Positions 1-10,447 of a stretch of 64,000 nucleotides of DNA are shown here, piece after piece. The stretch lies in NCBI GenBank assembly GCA_030697705.1, contig JAUYPE010000005.1:602-64601 (forward strand), written 5' to 3'. Origin of the DNA: a bacterium. GTDB taxonomy: Bacteria; Patescibacteriota; Minisyncoccia; Sungbacterales; HO2-52-23. Positions within the stretch are counted from its first letter, which is position 1; every line of letters begins with the position of its first letter. The position numbers and the translations under genes are program-made. The notes beneath the pieces were generated by a model. It was given only the letters and a program-made list of their open reading frames with translations, searched no databases and was not told where the DNA came from.

Positions 1-1310
1 AAGCGATGCGATTCGTCGCGCACGCGCTGAAAAAAAAACATGACCGCTGGCGGAAGGGTCGCTAATCGCACAGGCAAGACCTTTCCTTGAAGATATAACT
101 CCTCATCCCGTTTTGCGAGAGCGGAGAGATGGATTCGTGGATTCTCTCTGCGTAAAATGGAGCGCACGGCGCCAAGCTGCGGTCTGCCGCCGTCTATGAC
201 AAGCAGATCGGGCGTACCCCAATCAGAAATGTGATTCAGGCGGCGGCGCATGACCTCCTTATGCATGGCGACATCGTTTGCCTGGTGGACGGTTTTAATC
301 TTAAACTTTCGGTATTCTTTTTTTGCCGGCGTACCGTCTATGAAAACAACCATGGATCCCGTCGCATCCGTGCCGGAGATGTTTGAAATATCATACCCTT
401 CCACCCGGCGAATAGGGCTATTCGTCTTGAATAATGCTTGAATAACGGGCTGAATGGCGCTCCATTCCACGGCTGAATTTCGCCGCGTCCGGACATTTTG
501 ACGAATCGCAGGACGGTGGCGAAAGACATTCTCCACGCCAAAAAGAGCATCCCGCAGACGCGCCGCTTCCTCAAATTTTTCCACCGCGACCGCCGTGCGA
601 AGTTCACGCTTGAGTTCACGCAAAAGTTCATGTTTTTTCCCCGTGAGGATGGCTATGATATTTTTAATGTTCTCACGATAGCGCGTTCGTTCCTCATCGG
701 TCGGCACATGCCCTCGCCGAGGATCCAAACAGCAAAATCCGAGGCATCGTCCAATCTGCGCATTCAGGCAGAGGCGCTTATGCGGCGTCCCACAGGTACA
801 GTAGGGGAAGACGCGGCGCACCATCCGCACGACCGAGCGTATGGCATACGCGCTCGTGAAGGGACCAATAAGAGGATAATGCTGAATGCTGAATGCTGAA
901 TGCTGAATAACTGCAGAAGATCTTACTTTTTTATTCTGCATTTGACATTTGGCATTTGGCATTTCTCTTGCAGGCTGTCGGGTGAAAAAGAATTTAGGAA
1001 ACTCCTCATCCGTAACGCCAACATACAAGTAGTCGGGCTGGATGACGTTGAACTTCGGCAGGTGGCGCCGGATGAGCTCCGCCTCTAAAATGAGAGCTTC
1101 TATTTCAGAAGGCGTTTCAAGAAATTCCAAAGTCGTCGCCTCCGCCGTCAGATGGCGTTCTTTTTCGCTACCGTTTTTACGAAAATACGAAGTAACCCGC
1201 TTTTTAATATTTGCGGCTTTACCGACATAGATCAGCGTCCTCCCGCGGCGAAATAGGTACACGCCGGGCGTTGTTGGAGCGGCTATTGCCGTTTTGTGGA
1301 TAGTTGACAT
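1..1310 (-). CDS. uvrC: Excinuclease ABC subunit C, 3' end runs off the window (not in the ORF track)
   Basis: Manual translation from the ATG at 1310 gives MSTIHKTAIAAPTTPGVYLFRRGRTLIYVGKAANIKKRVTSYF (GIY-YIG), CLNAQIGRCLGFC, a UVR domain (EKFEEAARLRD), and the RNaseH-like motifs EGYDISN and PDLLVIDGG. Divergent from uvrA. Confidence 0.95.
   Translation of the reverse strand, partial: MSTIHKTAIAAPTTPGVYLFRRGRTLIYVGKAANIKKRVTSYFRKNGSEKERHLTAEATTLEFLETPSEIEALILEAELIRRHLPKFNVIQPDYLYVGVTDEEFPKFFFTRQPAREMPNAKCQMQNKKVRSSAVIQHSAFSIQHYPLIGPFTSAYAIRSVVRMVRRVFPYCTCGTPHKRLCLNAQIGRCLGFCCLDPRRGHVPTDEERTRYRENIKNIIAILTGKKHELLRELKRELRTAVAVEKFEEAARLRDALFGVENVFRHRPAIRQNVRTRRNSAVEWSAIQPVIQALFKTNSPIRRVEGYDISNISGTDATGSMVVFIDGTPAKKEYRKFKIKTVHQANDVAMHKEVMRRRLNHISDWGTPDLLVIDGGRPQLGAVRSILRRENPRIHLSALAKRDEELYLQGKVLPVRLATLPPAVMFFFQRVRDESHR
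878..964. repeat. Heptamer-arm inverted repeat inside uvrC
   Basis: (AATGCTG)x4 at 878-905 and (RCATTTG)x~4 at 938-964. Confidence 0.85.
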
Positions 1311-1491
1311 TAAATAGTTATTATGCCATATTGAGTGTAGCACGTTCATATAAAAGTATAAACCCGCATGGCAGAGAGCAATAGAAATGGAAGATGATTG
1401 CGGAAGATGATTACCCAAAAAAGCCACCCAACGCTTCACCGCCGTGGGTGGTTGATTTTTGTTAAAAATACGCTATACTGAAGCGTTTACG

Positions 1492-4400
1492 ATGAAAAAA
1501 ACCACTAAGAAACCTACACTGCCCTCCGGCGAGATTATCAGCATCCGCGGGGCGCGGACGCACAATCTCAAAAACATTGATGTTGACATCCCCAAGGGAA
1601 AATTGGTCGTCATTACCGGTCTTTCTGGTTCTGGAAAGTCATCGCTCGCGTTTGATACGATCTACGCCGAGGCGGAACGGCGTTATGTGGAGTCGCTCTC
1701 AAGCTACGCTCGCCAATTCCTCGGTGTGCAGGAGAAGCCGGATGTTGAATCCATTGACGGCCTCTCGCCGGCTATTTCCATTGACCAAAAGTCCGTCTCG
1801 CGCAATCCCCGTTCCACGGTTGGCACCATTACCGAAATTTATGACTATTTGCGAATCCTCTTCGCACGGATTGGCCGCCCACACTGCCCGGAGTGCGGCG
1901 TACCGGTAGAGCGCCAGACGATTGAGCAGATGCTGGAGGAAATTCGCCATGCTCTGCGCGGCAAAGAAGAAACGCTCATTCTCGCCCCGCTCGCCTCGGG
2001 GAAAAAAGGCGAACATCGCGGGTTATTGGAGGAAGCGCGCCGTGCCGGTTTTATCCGTGCACGCCTGAATGGCGAGGTGCGTACGATAGAGGAGTGGATG
2101 TCCTTGCCCATTAAGAAGAATAAAAAACATTCGCTGGAGGTCGTGGTGGATCGTCTCACGGAGAGCGCCGCCATTGAGCCGGGGCGTATGCGCGATTCGG
2201 TAGAGACCGCGCTTAAAATCGGTAAAGGAGTGATGATTGCGGCAATAAAGGATAATGCTAAATTACAAATGCTCAATGCTGAAAAGGAGCGAGGCAAGCA
2301 CGTTGCTTCAGCATTCAGCATTCAGCATTCAGCATTGTTTGAAGACCTTCTTTTCTCCGAACGGTTTGCTTGCAAAATGTGCGGTAAGAATCTGCCCGAT
2401 AGTGAGCCACGGACATTTTCTTTCAATAGTCCCTATGGGGCTTGTCCGCACTGCACAGGACTTGGCGCAACGCTGGAAGCGGATCCTGATCTTGTCGTTC
2501 CCAATGAGAATCTTTCCATCGCGGAAGGTGCTGTCCGCCCCTGGGCGGGCGCCTCACATCGTGTCGGACGGCAGAGTTGGTACTGGTGGATTCTTGACGA
2601 CCTCGCAACGCGTCATGGCTTCTCGCTTAAAGTTCCCTTTAAAGATATTGCCGCGCACGCACGAGCATTGATTCTTTTCGGTGAGCCGGGTGCTCGTGTG
2701 AAGAATGGAGAATCAATGTCAGATTTGGGAGATGAACGCGAGGCGCAAATCCGCGCAACGCCGGGTGGTTTTGAAGGCGTCATTCCCAATCTCAAACGGC
2801 GTTGGAAAGAAACCGATTCCGAATTTACCCGCGCCGAAATTGAGAAGTATATGATTATTCGCACCTGTACGGCGTGCGCGGGGCACCGGCTGCGTCCCGA
2901 GGCGCTTGCCGTGCGCATCAACGGCGAGAATATCGCCGGTGTTGCCGACCGCACGGTGGAGCAGGCGGCCGCGTGGTTTGAGGGACTTGTTGATAAAAAA
3001 ACGGCGCTCTCTGCAATGGAATTGAAAATAGCCGCGCCCATTGCCAAAGAGATCGCCAAGCGGCTGACTTTTTTGCGGGATGTGGGGCTGGACTATCTTA
3101 CCCTCGCGCGCGAGTCAACCACGCTTTCGGGTGGCGAGGCGCAACGCATTCATCTTGCCACGCAAATCGGCTCACGCCTCACGGGAATTATCTATATTCT
3201 TGATGAACCGAGTATCGGTCTGCATCCGCGCGACAATGCGCAACTTATCACAACCCTCAAGCAACTGCGCGATCTCGGCAATACTGTTCTTGTTGTAGAG
3301 CACGATGCCGAAACGATGCTCGCGTCGGACTGGATTATTGATATCGGACCGGGCGCGGGGAGCCATGGCGGACGGATTATTTTTTCCGGTACGCCGGCGG
3401 CATTGCTCAACGCCAAAACATCAACCGCCGACTATCTTTCCGGCAGGAAAAAAATTGAGCGACCTAAGATTACGCGTCATTCCGAACGCAGTGAGGAATC
3501 CCGACAACATACGGGATCCCTCACTCATACCCAGGATGACCAACAAAAGAAAGGACGAGATGCGATACATTTTCTCACCATTTTCGGTGCCACGGAGCAC
3601 AATCTCAAAAATATCACCGTCCGCATGCCGCTCGGGCAATTCATCTGTATTACGGGTGTTTCCGGCTCCGGAAAGTCAACGCTCATCAACGATATTCTTG
3701 CCAAAGCGCTTCTGGCAAAATTGCACGGAGCGCATACCATTCCTGGCGCACACAAAAACATTACCGGCATTGAGCATCTCAACAAGGCGATCGTCGTTGA
3801 CCAGTCGCCCATCGGTCGTACCCCGCGTTCCAATCCTGCCACCTACACCGGTGCGTTCGGATTCATCCGTACGCTTTTTGCAAGCACGCCCGAAGCGCGG
3901 GCGCGCGGATATCTGCCCGGCCGTTTCAGCTTTAATGTCAGAGGCGGACGGTGCGAGGCGTGCGAGGGACAGGGCGTGAAAAAAATAGAGATGCACTTCC
4001 TTCCCGATGTGTATATTGAATGTGAAGAGTGCCGCGGCACGCGGTATAATCGCGAGGCATTAGAAATTCTGTATCGCGGTAAGACGATTGCGGAGGTCTT
4101 AAATATGCCGATTGAAGAGGCACTGGACTTTTTTGAGGCCGTTCCCGCCGTACAGACAAAATTGGCAACCATGGTGGAGGTGGGCTTAGGTTATATGCGA
4201 CTCGGCCAGCCGGCGCCGACGCTCTCGGGAGGTGAGGCGCAGCGCATCAAGCTTGCCACCGAACTCTCACGCCGTGATACCGGCGCGTCGCTTTATATTC
4301 TGGATGAGCCAACGACCGGACTCCACTTTGACGACATTAAAAAACTCTTGGGAGTTTTACACGCCCTGGTGGAAAAAGGCAATACCGTTCTCGTTATTGA

Positions 4401-4557
4401 GCACAATATGGATATCATCAAAAACGCCGACTGGATCATTGATCTTGGTCCCGAGGGAGGGGAGCGCGGCGGTACCCTTGTCGCCGAAGGAACTCCCGCC
4501 GATGTGGTGAAAGTAAAGCAGTCCTATACGGGACAATGGTTGATGAAAAGTTTATAG
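1492..4557 (+). CDS. uvrA: Excinuclease ABC subunit A
   Basis: Two Walker A motifs (GLSGSGKSS, GVSGSGKST), two LSGGEAQRI signatures and zinc fingers. The ATG at 1492 is preferred over the TTG at 1459. Confidence 0.98.
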   Translation: MKKTTKKPTLPSGEIISIRGARTHNLKNIDVDIPKGKLVVITGLSGSGKSSLAFDTIYAEAERRYVESLSSYARQFLGVQEKPDVESIDGLSPAISIDQKSVSRNPRSTVGTITEIYDYLRILFARIGRPHCPECGVPVERQTIEQMLEEIRHALRGKEETLILAPLASGKKGEHRGLLEEARRAGFIRARLNGEVRTIEEWMSLPIKKNKKHSLEVVVDRLTESAAIEPGRMRDSVETALKIGKGVMIAAIKDNAKLQMLNAEKERGKHVASAFSIQHSALFEDLLFSERFACKMCGKNLPDSEPRTFSFNSPYGACPHCTGLGATLEADPDLVVPNENLSIAEGAVRPWAGASHRVGRQSWYWWILDDLATRHGFSLKVPFKDIAAHARALILFGEPGARVKNGESMSDLGDEREAQIRATPGGFEGVIPNLKRRWKETDSEFTRAEIEKYMIIRTCTACAGHRLRPEALAVRINGENIAGVADRTVEQAAAWFEGLVDKKTALSAMELKIAAPIAKEIAKRLTFLRDVGLDYLTLARESTTLSGGEAQRIHLATQIGSRLTGIIYILDEPSIGLHPRDNAQLITTLKQLRDLGNTVLVVEHDAETMLASDWIIDIGPGAGSHGGRIIFSGTPAALLNAKTSTADYLSGRKKIERPKITRHSERSEESRQHTGSLTHTQDDQQKKGRDAIHFLTIFGATEHNLKNITVRMPLGQFICITGVSGSGKSTLINDILAKALLAKLHGAHTIPGAHKNITGIEHLNKAIVVDQSPIGRTPRSNPATYTGAFGFIRTLFASTPEARARGYLPGRFSFNVRGGRCEACEGQGVKKIEMHFLPDVYIECEECRGTRYNREALEILYRGKTIAEVLNMPIEEALDFFEAVPAVQTKLATMVEVGLGYMRLGQPAPTLSGGEAQRIKLATELSRRDTGASLYILDEPTTGLHFDDIKKLLGVLHALVEKGNTVLVIEHNMDIIKNADWIIDLGPEGGERGGTLVAEGTPADVVKVKQSYTGQWLMKSL
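2254..2336. repeat. Heptamer-arm inverted repeat inside uvrA
   Basis: AATGCTA/AATTACA/AATGCTC/AATGCTG at 2254-2281 and (CAGCATT)x4 at 2309-2336. Confidence 0.85.
3476..3540. repeat. GTCAT..ATGAC REP/RPE-like palindrome, in frame inside uvrA
   Basis: GTCATTCCGAACGCAGTGAGGAATCCCG...CGGGATCCCTCAC...GGATGAC, same family as the intergenic copies. Confidence 0.8.
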
Positions 4558-4620
4558 TTATGATAGTATCTACACAGTAAACTTCGGTTTAAGGCGAGTC
4601 CTATCACAAGGAGAAATCTG

Positions 4621-5145
4621 ATGGAAGTTACCAAGCTCTTTTTACAACTGCTAGAAACACAAGGATGGGTATCGTGGATCTCACATGGTGTTTGGGATGC
4701 CCATCAAGCAGGACTGCTTCCCGATGTTAGTGTTGGCGGGAATTGTCCGGAGAACCTCCGTCTTAAGCTCCAGCAGAATGTTCCCTATCCGACATTTTTT
4801 GAAGAGGATCAGTGGAATAGTGTTCTTGATTATTGTGGAATGAGAAGTGGAAACAGTACTGCCTATGTGAGCGATAGGACAAATACCTATTATATCAAGA
4901 GAGCGACAATCGCTTTCTTTGAAGACAAAGTGGGGTATGATGTGACTTGCAGAAAAGAACGGCGCAAGAATTTTCGGCGCTATGGGCTACCAGTTACTTC
5001 CATGCATGTTACTCACCTTATTGTAGGGTGTGCTCAATATACTGCGGCGCATTTTGCCGAGCTTCGCGACCAAATAATGCTGCGACTCAATCAGGGAGAT
5101 CCAGGAGATATAGTGAAAATAGCCAAGATACTGAAGATATCTTAA
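4621..5145 (+). CDS. Hypothetical protein (ORFan cassette)
   Basis: 174-aa ORF with SD AAGGAG and a hairpin/U-tract downstream. Confidence 0.7.
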   Translation: MEVTKLFLQLLETQGWVSWISHGVWDAHQAGLLPDVSVGGNCPENLRLKLQQNVPYPTFFEEDQWNSVLDYCGMRSGNSTAYVSDRTNTYYIKRATIAFFEDKVGYDVTCRKERRKNFRRYGLPVTSMHVTHLIVGCAQYTAAHFAELRDQIMLRLNQGDPGDIVKIAKILKIS

Positions 5146-5171
5146 AATCTCGGATTGTGTTCCCAGCCAAC

Positions 5172-5204
5172 AAGGAGTTCTTGCCCCAAGCGGAGCTCCT
5201 TTTT
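5172..5204 (+). terminator. Intrinsic terminator
   Basis: AAGGAGTTC...GAGCTCCTT followed by a T-tract. Confidence 0.6.
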
Positions 5205-5216
5205 ATTTTGGGGATA

Positions 5217-5474
5217 TTAGCGGTAACTGTCTTTGCGATGGTCAACATCAAAAAAGATCACAACCTCCGGATTTTGGAGATAGAAAAAGGCGCGATAGCG
5301 CCGGGTAATCCGAAGAGAGAATACCCCTCCCGTGTCATGTAGCTTTTTACCGTGAAGCCGTGGGTCGCGTGGACTTTCCTCAAATCGTTCCAGTTGCACA
5401 TCACAGAGTTTCTGAATCTCTTTTGGCAGATTCCGATAGGCACGGTCAAAATCGACGGTACGAAAAACTTTCAT
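5217..5474 (-). CDS. RelE/ParE-superfamily toxin
   Basis: 85 aa with FDRAYRNLP..PRDPRLHGKKL..FSLRITRRYRAFF..VDHRKDSYR; overlaps the upstream small ORF by 4 nt. Confidence 0.8.
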   Translation of the reverse strand: MKVFRTVDFDRAYRNLPKEIQKLCDVQLERFEESPRDPRLHGKKLHDTGGVFSLRITRRYRAFFYLQNPEVVIFFDVDHRKDSYR

Positions 5475-5674
5475 ACGCCAACGGGCGGATATTCCTTGAG
5501 CGCTCGACGAAGCGAGTGGCGGATGCGCTTGGGATGTTCGTACTCCTCAAAATGATCTTCGGGTAGTACCAAAGTGACTTCACTGCGAAGGAGCCGAACT
5601 TCGCGCAGTAATGATTGAAGCATTTGGGCGTTTGACTGCTTATTTTTTACTTTCTGTATTTTAGTAGTAGTCAT
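5471..5674 (-). CDS. Putative cognate antitoxin
   Basis: 67-aa ORF coupled to the toxin; its ATG lies 6 nt after a TTGACG-17-TATAAT promoter. Confidence 0.65.
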   Translation of the reverse strand: MTTTKIQKVKNKQSNAQMLQSLLREVRLLRSEVTLVLPEDHFEEYEHPKRIRHSLRRALKEYPPVGV

Positions 5675-5713
5675 ATTCTGATTATAGTAAAAATCATAAT
5701 GTGCGTCAATCGC

Positions 5714-5771
5714 TTGACAGTGACAAGTAAGGGCGTTACCATGGTTAGCAGTCATAGGTCGAGAGTGCTAA
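5714..5771 (+). promoter_or_regulatory. groESL sigma70 promoter plus CIRCE (HrcA operator)
   Basis: TTGACA(5714)-17-TACCAT(5737). TTAGCAGTC-N9-GAGTGCTAA at 5745-5771 has one mismatch to the CIRCE consensus. Confidence 0.9.
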
Positions 5772-5810
5772 CCGACTGGCAATATATACTATAATTTTTA
5801 AGAAAAATTT

Positions 5811-7794
<1,984 letters not shown>

Positions 7795-7820
7795 CCGGTA
7801 CAGGTAGGAATGACAGAGTT

Positions 7821-7851
7821 CATAAAACCCCGCGTCATGCGGGGTTTTATG
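7821..7851. terminator. Terminator after groEL
   Basis: CATAAAACCCCGC-GTCAT-GCGGGGTTTTATG, a perfect 13-bp stem. Confidence 0.8.
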
Positions 7852-7934
7852 ATGATGTGATAAAAACTTTCTTTGCCGCGATGGATGGTCTTGTGGATTG
7901 TGCAGATACCCGTGCGTATCGTATACTAGTTGCA

Positions 7935-8486
7935 ATGGCGACGTTTTCTCTCCCCCAGATACAACAAACAAAGCTTCTGCAGGCGAGCGCCGAGCAGATC
8001 TGGGCGCATCCCACCTGGGACTTGATTCTTATTTTTGTCCTTTTCGGGGCGGGGCTCTTGTATGCTGTCACGGTGGGACGGCAAAAGATCTTCTCCACGA
8101 TTATCTACACCTATATCGCAATAGCGCTGTATAACGCCCTGCCTCTGCAAACGATTGCCGGATTTTTCCAGAAACAGAATGATTTTTTCGTGCGCGCCAG
8201 CGTCTTTCTGGGACTCCTGGTCATATTGACCGTGCTGCTCGGTCACGGGAAGCATAAAGGTTACGCGCGCATGGGTACCTGGTGGCAGGTATTTGTCTTG
8301 AGTTTTTTGCAGGTCGGTATGCTCATGCACATTATTCTCGGCTTTCTCCCGCACGAAAAAACGACTCTGCTTGCCCCGCTGACCAAATACGTGTTTGCCA
8401 ACCCGGGACTTGATATTTGGTGGCTTCTCGGGCCCATTATCGCACTTATCTTCATCCGCCGCCTCAACGCTCATCACGAGTGGTAG
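7935..8486 (+). CDS. Hypothetical multi-pass membrane protein
   Basis: About 5 hydrophobic segments; ATG 7 nt after TATACT. Confidence 0.7.
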   Translation: MATFSLPQIQQTKLLQASAEQIWAHPTWDLILIFVLFGAGLLYAVTVGRQKIFSTIIYTYIAIALYNALPLQTIAGFFQKQNDFFVRASVFLGLLVILTVLLGHGKHKGYARMGTWWQVFVLSFLQVGMLMHIILGFLPHEKTTLLAPLTKYVFANPGLDIWWLLGPIIALIFIRRLNAHHEW

Positions 8487-8507
8487 CCCCCGTTTCACTT
8501 CCTTAAA

Positions 8508-9080
8508 TCACCTCGCTTGGATGCGGGGTTTTTTCTTTTTGCGCGCGACCATAAAAAACATGGGGAGGAAATTGCGCGGTTCAAGCTGGAGATCTATTTT
8601 CGCAAAATACTTCTTGAGCAGGGAACGCATGAGAAGTGAGTACTGATAGATGAGGAATATGCCGTCGGGTGCCAATGCCCGGGCGGTGTCGCGCACCACT
8701 CGCTCGCGTATGCGGGGCGGGAAAAAAGTAAACGGAATACTGGAGAGTACCGCGTCTATGCGAGGGACGCCTATTTTTTTGAGCGTGCGGGAGATGACGG
8801 TAACGTCGCCCGCTACGACGATGAGGCGCGGATCTTTGATAGTCCGAAGTTCGGCAAGAAACTTAGAATTGAGTTCAATAGCAACCACCTTCCCGCCAGC
8901 GGGAAGGTGCCGGAGCAGTTCGCGCGTTACTACTCCGTCGCCCGCGCCATACTCCACGATATATTTCCGTCCGGCGCCAAGTTCGCGCCGGATGCGGCGA
9001 ATGACAAAGCGCGAAGAGGGCGTAAATGCACCGACTTTATAGTCCGTAAGAGCAGTTTTTATATATTTTATTCCTCGCAT
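8508..9080 (-). CDS. SAM-dependent methyltransferase (phospholipid N-methyltransferase-like)
   Basis: VGAFTPSS, VEYGAGDG, SSIPF, YQYS motifs. Confidence 0.8.
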   Translation of the reverse strand: MRGIKYIKTALTDYKVGAFTPSSRFVIRRIRRELGAGRKYIVEYGAGDGVVTRELLRHLPAGGKVVAIELNSKFLAELRTIKDPRLIVVAGDVTVISRTLKKIGVPRIDAVLSSIPFTFFPPRIRERVVRDTARALAPDGIFLIYQYSLLMRSLLKKYFAKIDLQLEPRNFLPMFFMVARKKKKPRIQAR

Positions 9081-9225
9081 AATACGAAAGCACCAATTAA
9101 AATACTTTTTCAGTGTATGCGATTATGGCGGAGAGGGCAAATGAGATATGCTTGCACGATAGAGGATTCCATGGAACGAATGATTGGAATTGTTTTTTAA
9201 CAAACTCAAAAAGGAGGGTGAGTTG

Positions 9226-10332
9226 ATGTATCAAGAATATATCAGTCCGTGGCTGGACAGGCGAGACTCGGAGACATGGCACAATCGCGCCAAAGATATC
9301 ATGCACGCGGCGGAGACGACACCGATGACGAGATTCGCACTGGAGCTCGTCGGAAACGGCGGGCGACGCTTCACCGATCCGCGCCTGCAGGTGGAATCTG
9401 CGGGAATTAAGTTTGATAATCCGCTTGTTGTTGCCGCAGGCTGGACCCCCGACGGTAAAGCGTGTCATGCGCTCTACCTGCTCGGTTTTGCGGGCGTTAC
9501 GGTCGGATCGGTACCGGAGTTCGGACAGCCGGGCAATCCGAAACCGCGCCAGTTTATGATCGGACATGGTGTCGCGCTCAACCGTAAGGGATTTGCCAAT
9601 CCGGGTATGAAAGCGGTGAGACGAATGATGAAGCGCTACGAGGGGAGTCGTATTCCCATCGGTATAAGCATTGGTAAAAATAAAGAGGTGTCCGACCGCG
9701 ATGCCCCTGCGGCATATGCGCGTGTCGCGACGTATCTTGCTCCCCTGGCGCGCTGGCTTGTTATCAACGTCTCTTCGCCCAACACGCCGGGACTACGGAA
9801 TCTCCAAGGCAAAGAGCTCCTGACTGATATTATGTGGAATGTTCAAGGTACCGTGCGACAGTCCATGAGTCGTTCGATTCCGATATTCATCAAGATAGAT
9901 CCCGACATGCCGCTCGCGGCGGTTGATGATGTTATGATGGTCGCAGTGGAAACGGGAGCTGCAGGAATCATCGCCGCGAATACGACGGTTGATGAAAGGA
10001 TTAAACGGAAGTACGGGGAACGCTGGGCGAGTGAGCCGGGAGGAGTGAGCGGATCGGATCCCGATTATCGGGATAAGGTGGATGAGAAGATCACGCACAT
10101 TTATCGGAGTGTTGGCAATGAGCTTGATGTCTGGGGTGTCGGCGGTATAGACAGTACGGCATCAGCCATCCGGAAGATCAAGCGTGGCGCGCGCATAGTA
10201 AAAATCCATACCGGTATCCGTACACTCGGTCCGCGCGTTGCCAGTATGATTAATCGCGGCATCGCCGACTATCTCACGCGAGAGGGGATAGCACGCGTGA
10301 CGGACTTAATCGGCACCGACCTCGCCGCATAA
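9226..10332 (+). CDS. pyrD: Dihydroorotate dehydrogenase, class 2 (quinone type)
   Basis: QPGNPKPR, NRKGFAN, SIGKNK, INVSSPNTPGLR, GGVSG, GVGGI; SD AAGGAGG upstream of ATG 9226. Confidence 0.88.
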   Translation: MYQEYISPWLDRRDSETWHNRAKDIMHAAETTPMTRFALELVGNGGRRFTDPRLQVESAGIKFDNPLVVAAGWTPDGKACHALYLLGFAGVTVGSVPEFGQPGNPKPRQFMIGHGVALNRKGFANPGMKAVRRMMKRYEGSRIPIGISIGKNKEVSDRDAPAAYARVATYLAPLARWLVINVSSPNTPGLRNLQGKELLTDIMWNVQGTVRQSMSRSIPIFIKIDPDMPLAAVDDVMMVAVETGAAGIIAANTTVDERIKRKYGERWASEPGGVSGSDPDYRDKVDEKITHIYRSVGNELDVWGVGGIDSTASAIRKIKRGARIVKIHTGIRTLGPRVASMINRGIADYLTREGIARVTDLIGTDLAA

Positions 10333-10447
10333 CGGATAGTCCACGGAGGAGAAGATCGCGCCGCACTCATGCTATGAGATGCGGCGTTTTTAGTGCAGTG
10401 TCTTCTCTACCGTGAAAGAACATAATGAGGTACGCTGAAAGAAGATT

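Noticed and set aside
250-1230. Plus-strand ORFs in the track
   Set aside because: These are antisense shadows of uvrC, which the track missed because it runs off the window edge.
1311-1491. LexA box between uvrC and uvrA
   Set aside because: No convincing GAAC-N4-GTTC or CTG-N10-CAG palindrome was found by eye.
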